This document shows, one piece after another, positions 1 through 17,000 of a stretch of 64,000 bases of DNA; position 1 is the first letter of the stretch; each line of letters opens with the position of its first letter. Source of the DNA: Salpingoeca rosetta (taxonomy: Eukaryota > Protista > Choanoflagellata); contig JAWQFM010000008.1 in assembly GCA_033442325.1 (NCBI GenBank), forward strand, positions 1,658,287-1,722,286, read 5' to 3'. Both the position numbers and the translations under genes were made by a program. Under the pieces are notes generated by a model. The model was not told the DNA's origin. It made no database searches and worked only from the letters and a program-made list of their open reading frames with translations.

Positions 1-4901
<4,901 letters not shown>

Positions 4902-5047
4902 GTTGACGTGTTGAGGTGCGTGCGTGTGTGACTGACTGGGCGTGGCTTGGCTCACTCCCTCCTTTTTGCGTGTGTGATGCGTACGTGTTTGCCCCTCACC
5001 AACACAAAGGCAAAGACAGGGTCAGGGGTGTACGTGTAAAATCAGCG

Positions 5048-5122
5048 ATGGCACCGTCAGTTTTCTACACTGCACTTGGCGCGAACAACGTTGCTGAACA
5101 GCAGGTGTGTTGTGTGTGTGTG

Positions 5123-5167
<45 letters not shown>

Positions 5168-5186
5168 CGTGTGTGTGCGTGCGTGC

Positions 5187-5220
<34 letters not shown>

Positions 5221-5808
5221 GTTGTGTGTATGTGTATGTGTATGTGTGCGTGTTGTGTGCATGTGTGCAGCGATCTGTGGTGCAATCGTCTTCTGTGTCC
5301 TTTGCTTCGTCATTCAGCGCGCAGAGATCAACAGGTGCCATCACATCCTGATGCCAATCATCATCATCACCATCTTCGTCGTGCATCGATGCACGTCACT
5401 TCTGTCTTGCACAGCTACTGCGACGTTTGGGCCGTGGACATGGATGCAACGGAGCTGGAGGACGCGCCCGTGGATGACGTGCTCGATGCCATCTTTGGTG
5501 TGCTTCCAGGCAGCCACGCCAGCTTCGGCAGCAAGGATCGCCAGGCTGGCAACGACGGCCAAGGAGACCGCAGCGATGCGGACGGGGACAGCGAGGACGC
5601 TGATGACCTAGGACAAACGCATCAGGAAAAGGAAACCCGCGAAGTCCTCAAGGAGCTCGATACCCTGCTCAACACGCCAACCGTCATGGTGAGGCGATCT
5701 CGGCGTGCCATCACAATGCCGGAGCGCACACTCGAATGGCATATCTGCTTTTGCCAGTCGCTTGCTTCATCCGCGCTCACAATGCATGTAGCCCAGTGTG
5801 CATGACAC

Positions 5809-5882
<74 letters not shown>

Positions 5883-6462
5883 CACAGACAGACACACAGA
5901 CACACACACAGACAGACACACAGACAGACACACAGACAGACACACAGACAGACAGACAGACACACACACACACACAGACAGACACACAGACAGACACACA
6001 GACACACTCACTCACACTCACACTCACTCTCTCACTCACTCTCACGCTCACACACACACGCTCACACACTCATACCCCTCAACTCATTCACGCATTGGCA
6101 GGAGCGCGCCATTGAGGAGGAGTTTCGGCTGAATGGCAAGGATGTGTTCTTGTTCTGTGATCACGACACCGCAGAGGAGTGCGCCCAGCAGTCTGTCTCT
6201 GGCATGCCCTGCGACAGGCTTCACTTTCGTCGCGTCATTCAACCCCACACAACCCGTGAGGGCACGTGGCGTTTGCATGTACTGGGCACCACCCTGTGTG
6301 CACGGCTGCAAGCGTGTGTGTGCATGGCTGCAAGCGTGTGTGTGCATGCGCGTGTGCGCGCGTGTTTGTGTGTGGAGCATGCGGTTGGAACTGCATAGGT
6401 GCGATTGTGTCTGTGCAGTGCCATCAGCATCGGCTTCCGCTGCCGCTTGCTCTCCCTCACAG

Positions 6463-6527
<65 letters not shown>

Positions 6528-8253
6528 TACACTCACTCACTCACACATTCGGGTAGATCGGTACGGGAACTGCCGATACCTGGATCGCTGCTTTGACATG
6601 CGTACATGCAAGGCCGTCCACTACGATGTGGATGAGAGCGACGTCGAGTGCATTCGCAGGCGGCTCAAGCACAAGAGAGAGCTCGCAAGGCAGGTGGGCA
6701 GGCAAGGAGACGCAGTGCACGCGCATGCGTGTGGTCGCTGTGGTTGTGATCACTGTGCTGGTTGCAGCTGCCGTTGCAGTAGCTGTTGATGTGTTGCTCA
6801 TCGTGCACGTTGGGGACGTGCATGCGCGTGTTCCCGGCAGCTGCGTGACAACCCCTCCCCCGATCCATTCCTATTCATACGAGCATGTGTACATGGCACC
6901 ACCCAAATATCGCCTCTGTTAAGCGGCCGGATCTGGAAGCCCATATCGACCTGAACGTGTTCCGCACGTTTCCCGCGCAGGTTGGTGAGCTGCACACACA
7001 CACACACACACACGCACGCACACACAAACACACACACACACAGACACACACACATACACACACACATACACAGAAACAGAGAGTGTGTGTCTGTGTATGT
7101 GTGCGTGCATGCATGCACATGCATGCAAGTTCCTATGACGGACACGATTGCCTGCATGCACTCATCTCCGCCCATCCTCTCCACCCCTACCCCAATTCAG
7201 TGGATCCAGTGTGATGTTCGTTACATCGACTTCAGTGTCTTGGGCAAATTCAGGTGCGGGCGCATGGCAGTATTGAAAGGTGTTTCGGTGGTAGGGTTTC
7301 TGGTGTTTCGTGCCGCACTCACCACCCACACGACTTGCTTAGTTTCCCATCACGCGTGCAAGCAAACACACGTTGACACACATGTGTGGAAGCGGTCCCG
7401 CACACATGCACAGTACCATTCACACAACACGACACAACACAACACGACACGACACAACGCACGCCGCGTTTGCCTTTTGCTTCCGTGCAGCGTGATTATG
7501 GCGGACCCTCCGTGGCGCATCAACATGGAGCTGCCATATGGGACCATGAGCGACGAGGAGATGAGGCAATTGCCCGTGCAAGACCTGCAGGTGCTGATCA
7601 CCACCGGTGCAGCGATGCACGTGCTTGGGAGGGTGAAGATGGCGGTTGCGGTGGTAGCTGCAGAGCGTGCGCGCGTGTGCGAGTGAGTGTGTTTGTGCGA
7701 ACGTGTATGAATGTGTGTGAGTGTGCGTGTGTATGAATGTGAGTGAGTGAGTGTGAGTGAGTGTGCGTGTTGTATGGCGTGCACGTATTTGTGCAAGGCA
7801 CGCTTTCTCTCTCCGCACTTTGGTCTCTGGCATCACACGCTACGGTCCGCAAACACACTGACACAACAACACAACAACACACACATGCACACCACGTACA
7901 TGTGCACACACGTGTGCATCTGTGCCCGCTCGCGTCATTGCGTGTCAGGACAACGGTGTGATCTTCCTGTGGGTGACAGCGCGCTGCGTTGATCTTGGAC
8001 GGGAGCTGCTTAAGGTTGGTTGTTGCGTGTATGGTCATGCTGACATTGTGGACAGGGGACTATGTCTCAAGTGTGGGTGGCGTGAAGTGTTACACACACA
8101 CACACATGCACATAGTGCTCAGACTGCGTGCACTCATATGTGTGTATGTGTGTGTGTGTGTCTCAGCGATGGGGATACAACTACGCCAATGATCTCATCT
8201 GGATCAAAATTAACCAACTGCAAAATCTAGTACGCACCGGCCGCACAGGTGCG

Positions 8254-8338
<85 letters not shown>

Positions 8339-8710
8339 GTGTGTGTGCGCGTGCGCGTGTCTTTTTGTGCAATGCTACATATGCACGCTTCTGTTTGCAC
8401 AATCACCCGCGTAACGCATCCTTCCCCCCTCACTCACACACACGCACATGTTTCAGGCCACTGGATGAACCATGCTAAGGAGCACTGCATGATTGGGGTC
8501 AAGGGCAATCTTGACGGCATCTACCCAGGCATCGACTGCGACGTGCTGGGTGAGTTGCAGTTTGGAGATGAAGGCAGACGCTGTGTGTTTTGGGTGTTTT
8601 GGTGTCTTGTGCTGCTATTGCATTGTGCTGTTGTTTTTGGGGCGTGCGGTTTGCTGCTGGTGGTTTCTCCGCCTCATCCTCTGGTCCGTCATATCCAAAC
8701 ACCAATGCTC

Positions 8711-8753
<43 letters not shown>

Positions 8754-8994
8754 GCACACACATGCGTGCACACGCACACACGCATGAAAACATACCGCCA
8801 CCACAACCATCCTCTCCCGTTGCAGTGTCTGAGGTGCGGGACACGAGCCGCAAGCCGGACGAGATCTATGGGCTCATTGAGCGCCTCTCACCGGGCACGC
8901 GCAAGATTGAGCTGTTTGGGCGTCCACACAACGTGCAGAGCAACTGGCTCACACTCGGCGACCAGCTCCAGGTGCCCTTGTGTGTGTGTGTGTT

Positions 8995-9025
<31 letters not shown>

Positions 9026-10550
9026 GTGCGTGTGTTTGTGTGTGCTTGTGTTTGTGCGTGTGTGTGTGTGTGTGTTTTGTGTGTGTTTGTGTTTGTGCGT
9101 GTGTGTGTGTGTTTTGTGTGTGTGTTCACTCATGATGTGCTCTTGTCTCATGTTGTTGAAGCATGCTTGTCGCTGTGCTGTTCAGCCTGCACAACGTTGT
9201 CCCGTTTCTTGTTGCGGTCTGACACACACACACACACATACATACACGCGCGCGCACACGCGCCCACACACACGCGCATACACGCGCACACAGGGTGTGC
9301 AACTGGAGGACGACGCACTGGTTCAACGGTTCACAGAGCGGTATCCATACTCCCCCGCTGACACGCTGTCGCTGCTGCTGCAGAACAAGCTGCCCTCCTC
9401 AAGCACAGCACACAAGGCCCGCGGCGAGGAGCACAGCGACGTGGACACGAGCGCAGGGCCACGCGCACGCCAGCAGTCGCACCGTCACCAACACAACCAT
9501 CGTCACCAACATCACCTCGACGATTCACACAATCGCCATTCACAAGCCCATCATCACCAGGAGCGACCCAGCAGCCGCCACCGGCCCAGTCACCAGCACC
9601 GCCATCATGATGATGGCGGTGGTGACGATAGTGCTGAGCGCGCTTCTCGGTCCGGGCGGGCGCGAACGCCGTTGCGGACAGTGCACACACAGCGGCGGCG
9701 TGACAGCAGCGAAGGGCGAGATGAGCCCGTGGCAGTGAGGGGGCGGAGCAGGAGCGTGGGTCGGGATGCGCTGCAGGCGTATGGGGGAGGCAGGAGTGCA
9801 AGTGTAAGCGGAGGCCACAGCAAGGCGGATGAGTTGATGCACACGTATGGACACCACGGTCCTCGCCGCCACGACCGCCAACACCAGCATCAGTTTCGCT
9901 CTTCGCCCCGACAGCAGCAGCTGCAGCATGTTTATTACCAGCAGAGGAAGCCAGGGAGCATACCTGAGTCAAGGAGCATGTCAGTGGACCGCACTACCAG
10001 TCATGGCAGCAGCCGTGGTAGTGGTGATGGCAATGACACGGGGCACAACGCCAGTGCCGGCAACAGACCCGTGTTTGTGCCGAGGTCGAACGCCGTGGAA
10101 GGCGAGGTGGTGCTGAACTTGCGTGGGCACTCTGGATACTGGAAGCGGGATAGGCACGGGTCCAAGATCTTCATCCGCGTGCTACCAAAGCGGAAGGACG
10201 ATGATGATGATGATGGCGGTGATGATGGTGGTGCCGGTGATGATGGTGGTGATGATGTTGATGGCGGTGGTGGTGGGGTTGACGGTGGTGATGGTGACAC
10301 ACCGCTGGTACCACCAGCGCAGCAGTCACCTCTCGCTGCCTCTGTGGCACCCCATACTGGCTCCGTGACACCACCAACCCCTCAAACACGCCAGACAGTA
10401 TCACCAACACCACCACAAACGGGGGTGCATGCGGATGCAACGACAACTGCACCAAGTGCAGCACCAACAGCTGCAAACACAACGGCGACACCTGCGACGC
10501 TGCCTGCGTCTTGGAGTGCAGCAGACCTGTGGGGTGACAAGGTGGAGTGA
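5048..10550 (+). CDS. METTL3: mRNA m6A methyltransferase catalytic subunit (MT-A70 family) with a long C-terminal extension
   Basis: Tandem CCCH zinc-finger region ([48 protein letters not shown]), [17 protein letters not shown], catalytic [81 protein letters not shown]. About 14 exons; stop at 10548-10550. The 5' exons are less certain. Confidence 0.95.
5805..6010. repeat. (CAGA)n/(CA)n compound microsatellite in a METTL3 intron
   Basis: Directly visible. Confidence 0.9.
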
Positions 10551-11026
10551 ATATGCTTAGCAGACACACAAACGGAGACAAGCAAGCGAGGCCACAGACG
10601 CAGGAGCAACGCAGACACGCACTTCTCGCTTGCATCCCATGTCGTCATTTGGCATTCCACATCCCAAGGCCTTGACAGTCTTATGGTAGCGTATGCAGGA
10701 TCGTATGACGATCATTACTTGAAAACATAAACAACAAACGTTCGTCTGTGTTTTCGAACTTGACATTCCAAACGTGGTCGCGACAAAGACCACGACCAAC
10801 CTCAAAAAAGTCGTTGCCTGACCGAGGTTGAGAGAGTTCAGTCAGGCAACAAGACGGCAACAACAAGCAAGCGACAAGAGGGCAAACAATCGCACGGCAG
10901 ACGTGGTGGTGAAGAAAGGCGATATCTCCCAAGGACAGCCACCCACACCACACCACACCACAGTCCTCGACCACACTACAACGCCCCTTGCCCCTGCTTG
11001 CACCCTGTTTTGTGTGAGCACAGGTG

Positions 11027-13901
11027 ATGGAAAGCATTGTTGGGCTGAATGTAGGTGGAAGAACAACAACAGCCATGACAACCACACGGCAAGACCTGGA
11101 CCAGCGAAGGCGGTCCAGCCCGCTCTCGGGTTCAAGTCGTCACGCAAGCAAACGCACATCCGTGCAAGAGGAGCAACAGCAACAACAGCGGCAACAGCAA
11201 CAGCAGCGGCAACAGCTCAAGGCACACGCAGCGTCACCAACACGCCTGCCCGCACTGCTGGAAACCATGCTTGAGATGGAAGACACAGCGGAAGGCAGCA
11301 GCAACCCCAGCAACACCAGCACAGATCTCTTGCGCAAGAAGCGCGACAGCTTGGAGCCGCGCACCACGGGTTCTTACACCATCCAGTTCTGCCTCGAAGA
11401 AGAAGAAGAAGAGGACGATGACAATGATGACGATGATGACGATGACAACGACGATGACGGCGGCGGCGACCATGATAGTGGTGAGGGAGAGGTCATGCGT
11501 ACCCCAACCAGCAGGGCAGCACATAGTAGAATGCACAGCAGCACCAACAGCAGCACCAACGCCAGCTTGGTGTACACATGTGAGCAGCAGCAGCAGCGAC
11601 AGAGTGAGGCTGATGCACCCACGGCACACACGTTTGTTGGTGTTGTGCTCGAGGAGAACATGTCTGGTGCCAGTGACACCGGTGACCACGCACAGCCTCA
11701 ACTGCGCAACGAAGGGCATGATACCACGCCCGCACACAATCTCAGAGCTAAAGCTGCACGTAAGTCCACTTTGGGCAGAGGCGGGGAGGGGTAGCTTGAC
11801 ACGTGCACTGTGTCAGGGCGTGTGCTGTAAGCGAACAAGCAACAGCACACTTGCTTCCACAAACACACAACATAATACTTGCGCACTCACACATGCCCCT
11901 GCTGTTCTGGTGTGCTTCAACCACACACACACACACACACACACACTCACTCACTCACACACACACACATGCACACACATGCACACACACACATGCACAT
12001 ATGCACACACACACACAGTGCGGGCACCTGCTCCACCACCACCGAGGACACCACCAATAGCACAGCAGCAACAGCAGCAGCAGCAGCCGGCGATACAAGC
12101 TGGCAAAGAAAAGGGGCCGTCAACCACACCAACAGGGCCACCCTCAGTGTCAACACCAAGCCCGGGGCTGACGCTGCTTCATCGGCGTGTGCTTGCAGCC
12201 CAGGATGCAAGCAGCCGTGCGAGCTCCTCGACCTCGCTTGGGTCAACGAGCACACGCAGCTCGCTTCCTGCCGGCAACGAGCATGATCTCCCGCATGCCG
12301 CACAGCAGCAGTGGGCCCTCTTCTTGGAACCGCCAAGGCCGGCGGCACACGACACCAGCTTGCCTGCAGGCACACAGAGCACGTCTTCCACAAGCCAACC
12401 GTCGTCACCACATTCGCCACACTCGCCGCACTCGCCGCACTCGCCGCACTCGCCGCACTCGCCGGCTTGGAGCCCCCGTTCTGCACCACGCCATTCGCAG
12501 CACCAGCACCAAGACCTTGCCTCGCCATCGGCCGCCATCACCGCTCAGCCCCATCTGCTTGCACATCGACAGCAATACAGCAAGCCTGCAAGCAACGACA
12601 CCTTTCGTCCACGAAGCGCCAGTATGGCCTCGCAAAAGGTGAAGGGTTTCCACTTGCTCGCTTCTCCATTCTGTCATCCACAATGTCTCTCGTTCACAGG
12701 TTTCTTCGACTTACACAAGCTCACACGTGTCCGTTCGCTCTTTCTGCGCGGGCTCATGTGTGTGCTTTCATGTCAATACCAGGATCTGGTCAAGCGTGCC
12801 ATCTCCTATCTTGCCAGAAATGGCGCCAACTCGAGGGAAGGCATCGCGTTCACAGAATCGCTCATTCTCGCACACCGACACCTCAACTTCTCGTCCGGTA
12901 CGCAGTAGAGTTTGGGGTGGTTGTATTGGGGCAGGGGATGGGGAAGAAAGCACGAGACAGAAGCGTGTGCGTGTGTGTACGTGTGTGTATGCGTGTGTGT
13001 GTGTCTGTGCGTATGTGTGTGTGTGTGTGTGCGTATGTGTGTGTGCTTCATTCATTGGAAGAAGAGAGAGAGAGATAGGATAAAGAAAAGAAGCAAGGTT
13101 GGGTACGTGCCATGCCACAGCTCTCTCTGTGCACAACCTCTTGTGTGTCTGTCTCATTCGCGCGCACGTTGTTGTTTTCTGTCGTACAGAGGCAATGATG
13201 AAGGAGCTCCTCAGCATCTACAACATGAGCGACATCGACAACAACTTGTCCAAGGAAGAGGGCAACGCGCTCAAGTCCGCGGTTATCGCCTTTCTTCGCA
13301 TCTGGTTCGTGCATGCGTGATCGTATGCATGTATGCTTGCGTGTGTGTCTGCGTGAGTGCGTGCATGCGTGTTCATATGCGTTTGTGCTGTCTCCATGTG
13401 TACACTGGTGCCTTCAGACGCATATGCACTTCTCATGCATGCCCACCGCCCCCTTTACAAGCTCACACAAGTACACGCTCTTTTTCCTGCTCCAGGTGGC
13501 GGCATCAAGCGTGCATGTCCTCAACGGTTCGCAAGTGGATCTACAGATTGGAACGGCAGAGTGTGGTTGAAGGGTTCACACGGAAACAGGCCATCATCAC
13601 AAACCAGTACGGAGAAGATATGCGTCTAGCCGGCTGGGCATGCGTGTTGGCGTGTTGGCGGACAGGAAGCTCGTGTCTGACTGCTTCTTGTCACAACACA
13701 CACACACACACACAACTCACATACACGTACGTACTTGGTATAGGCCGCGTCGTGTTCACACCCCGTCGATGGTTGGCGCCAGCAATCGCTTCTCAAGCCA
13801 GACTTTCGCACCTTGTCAGTTCTACTGCTTGCAAGCACCGTAGCACAAGAACTCGAAAGTGTTGCGCCCGGTTGACAGGACTAGCACACACACACACACA
13901 C

Positions 13902-13946
<45 letters not shown>

Positions 13947-14046
13947 CACACACACACGCACGCACGCGCGCGTTTCCTTTCACAAGGAATCGTGTTGACT
14001 TGTGTCATCTCTCTTTGCCTGAGATGGAACTCACTCATACATGCAT

Positions 14047-14086
<40 letters not shown>

Positions 14087-17000
14087 CTGCAGTGCTTGGC
14101 AAGTCAGCCCGCACGCTGGCGGAACATCTGACGGTGCTCGACTTTGAGGGGTATCGGTCGCTCACTGCCGGCGATTTGCTGGACGAGGTAACGCTGCAGG
14201 TGCAACAGAGCAACAGCACGAGTGAAACACGTGGAAAGGGTTGACGGATGAATGAGCACATCCAAGAGGGCAAACATGCATTGCTCGGGTGCCTGGTTGC
14301 GCTCGTGTCTGTGTTCTACATCGACGCTGTTACGCCTTGGCTGTGTTGCGCGTGATGAGAATCTCACCATGTTCTCTCTGTGTCTGACTGTCTATCTGTC
14401 TGACTGACTGTCTGTCTGTCTGACTGTCTCTTTCTCTATCTCTCTGGCACACGCACACACGCACACACACACACACTCTCTCTCTCTGTCTCTCTTACCC
14501 AAATGCATGGATCCGTCATACTCACATTCCTGCACTGCGTCAATTCAGATCTCCGTCGGATCGTGTCCGGCCGTCTGGCGCGTGCGCAACACAACGTTGC
14601 ATCTTGGCCGGTGGATTGCAGCCAGCATCTTGACCCAGAAGGGGACACGGGGCCGTGTCAACGCCCTGACCAAGTGGATTCAAGTGGCGGTTGAGTTGCT
14701 GTCCCTCGCAAGCTTCAACGCTCTGTTTGGTGTTGTTGTTGGCGTCAATAGCAGCGCCATCACTCGTCTCAGCGAAACCATATCTCTAATCCCCACCCAC
14801 ATGGTAGGAAGCACGTGTTGTTGCTGAGAGTTCGGGGGAGGGGCTTTTATCACAGTGCGTTTCATACCCATGCATGCACTGCAGCCACCCTGAAAGAACT
14901 GGAATTGATAAGTGCCATGTCTGCTGCTCGTATATGTGTATATGTGTATATGTGTGCATGTGTGTGTACGTGTGTGTATGTGTGTGTACGTGTGTTTCCA
15001 TGTGTGAATACGTCTTGCATAACAGGCTGAAAGCTACCGCTTGATCAAGAGCCTCAAACCCGTTGGAGACCAGTTGCAGACTTATCGATCCATTCTTCGC
15101 GAGGCACAAGGTGGGCAGCAGCCTGGCTTGGGGAAGTGCGTGTGTTATTGTCATCTCTTCTGCTTTGTACGAGCTGGTGTGCCCTGCAGACAAGCTGCCT
15201 TTTCCTCCGATGAACACGCTCAACCACATTTGACATTGCACACACGCACACATGCACATACATCTACGCATTCACGCCCAAACCGAAACTTGCATTGTCA
15301 CTTATTCACACACATACGCACGACTCAACATGGTTGTAGATACAGCAGCAGAGCACAGCTCGCACCCGTGCATTCCGTTTCTTGGGCTTGTGTTGCAGGA
15401 TCTCAATTCGCTTTATTCGCGTCTTCATCACGGCAACAACGGCGCAATTGATTGTGGTGCTGACCTGCAAACATTCCAAGGTGTGTGTGGTTGACAGATG
15501 AGGGTGGGGGGGGGGTGGCAGATATTTGTGTGATGTGTGGAGGCAGTGTACCTTTGTCCACATCTCACGGCTCAACGCTTTCTGCCTGTCCTTCTGTCCG
15601 TCTCCGCCCCCCCCCCAAATGCGTGTTTCCTGTGCAGAGATGCACGCCATTGTCGATTCCTATCTGCAGTATCAACCGCGGACGTTCTCGTTCTCCCTCG
15701 ACCATCAGCTCTTGAGCGACCTGCAATTGGCAACAAGGCAAGTTTCGGTGGCGTGTAGTACACCGTGTAACCATTGTATTCCTCCATGCCATGGATTGCA
15801 CTTTGTTGGTTTGACAACTGTGCGACATGCTGTTACATTTGTTGCCATACGGTTGCGCTTCGTCCTCATGCTCACGGTCTGTGTTCGTGTGTGCATGTGT
15901 GTGTATGTGTGTGTGTGCATGTGTGTGTGTGCATGTGTGTGTGTGCATGTGTGTGTATGTGTGTGTGTGTGTGTGTGTACATGGGTGCGTGTGCAGTGTT
16001 CACTGGTCGAGCGAGGAATTGCTGGAACTGTCGCAAGCGTGCGAGCCCATTCTCCTCGAAGGCCTTCGCTGCCTCAAGGTTTGTCACAATTTTCGTCACT
16101 CCCGTGTGCCCGTACACCATGGATGCGTCAGTGATATGAGGCATGTTCCATTGCTTTGAAGAAGCTTGCGTTGCTTCTGGTGCCGCGTTCTCTGTGACGT
16201 CACATCACGCGCTTTGGTTTTCTGTACTTTTGTTGTGTCACATTAGGTTGATGCTCGGGAGCGCGTGAAGGAGGCGTGTTGTGGTTCAAACATTCCTGAC
16301 GACTTTGCATCCTGGATTCGCACGTCTTCGCCGGCCGCGCTGCTCTCGTCCCTCAAGCTTGCAGGCACGTCAAGTTGTGTGTGTGTGTGCGTGTGTGTGT
16401 GTGTGTGTGAGCGGAAGAGGGCGACTTTATCCGCCTGTTTCTCGATACATTGACTAATTGTTCGTTGTTCATGTTGCATTTATATTGTGCTTGCAGGATT
16501 TGCGATTCCATCGCAGCGAAGCAAAGGGGAAGATCTTGAGCGAGACGTGAAACACCTGGCCAACCAGGTCAGCAGTCGTTGCAGTGCGCGTGTGCATGTG
16601 TGCATGTGTGCATATGTGTGTGTGTGTGAATGTGTGTGTGTGTGTGTGTGTGACATATGTGTGTGTGAATGTGCATATGTGTGTGTGTGTGAATGTGTGT
16701 GTGTGTGAATGTGCATATGTGTGTGTGAATGTGTGTGTGTGTGTGTGGACGTGTGTATCTGTGCGTCAAAGCGACTCACCATGCTTCTTTACGCGCAAAT
16801 GTGGTTGTTCTTGGGCGTGCTTCGCAATTCACCTCATCCTTTGATGGTCTGGTGTGGTGTGCTTCTTCCTTTCCTCTTCAATATCCAGATCTTTGCACGA
16901 TATGCACCGACGCAACAGCACATGGACCCTGCAACATGGGCTGTCGTTCGACAAGGCTTGCCCCTCTTTGGTGCGCTCATGGCACATACACACACATACA

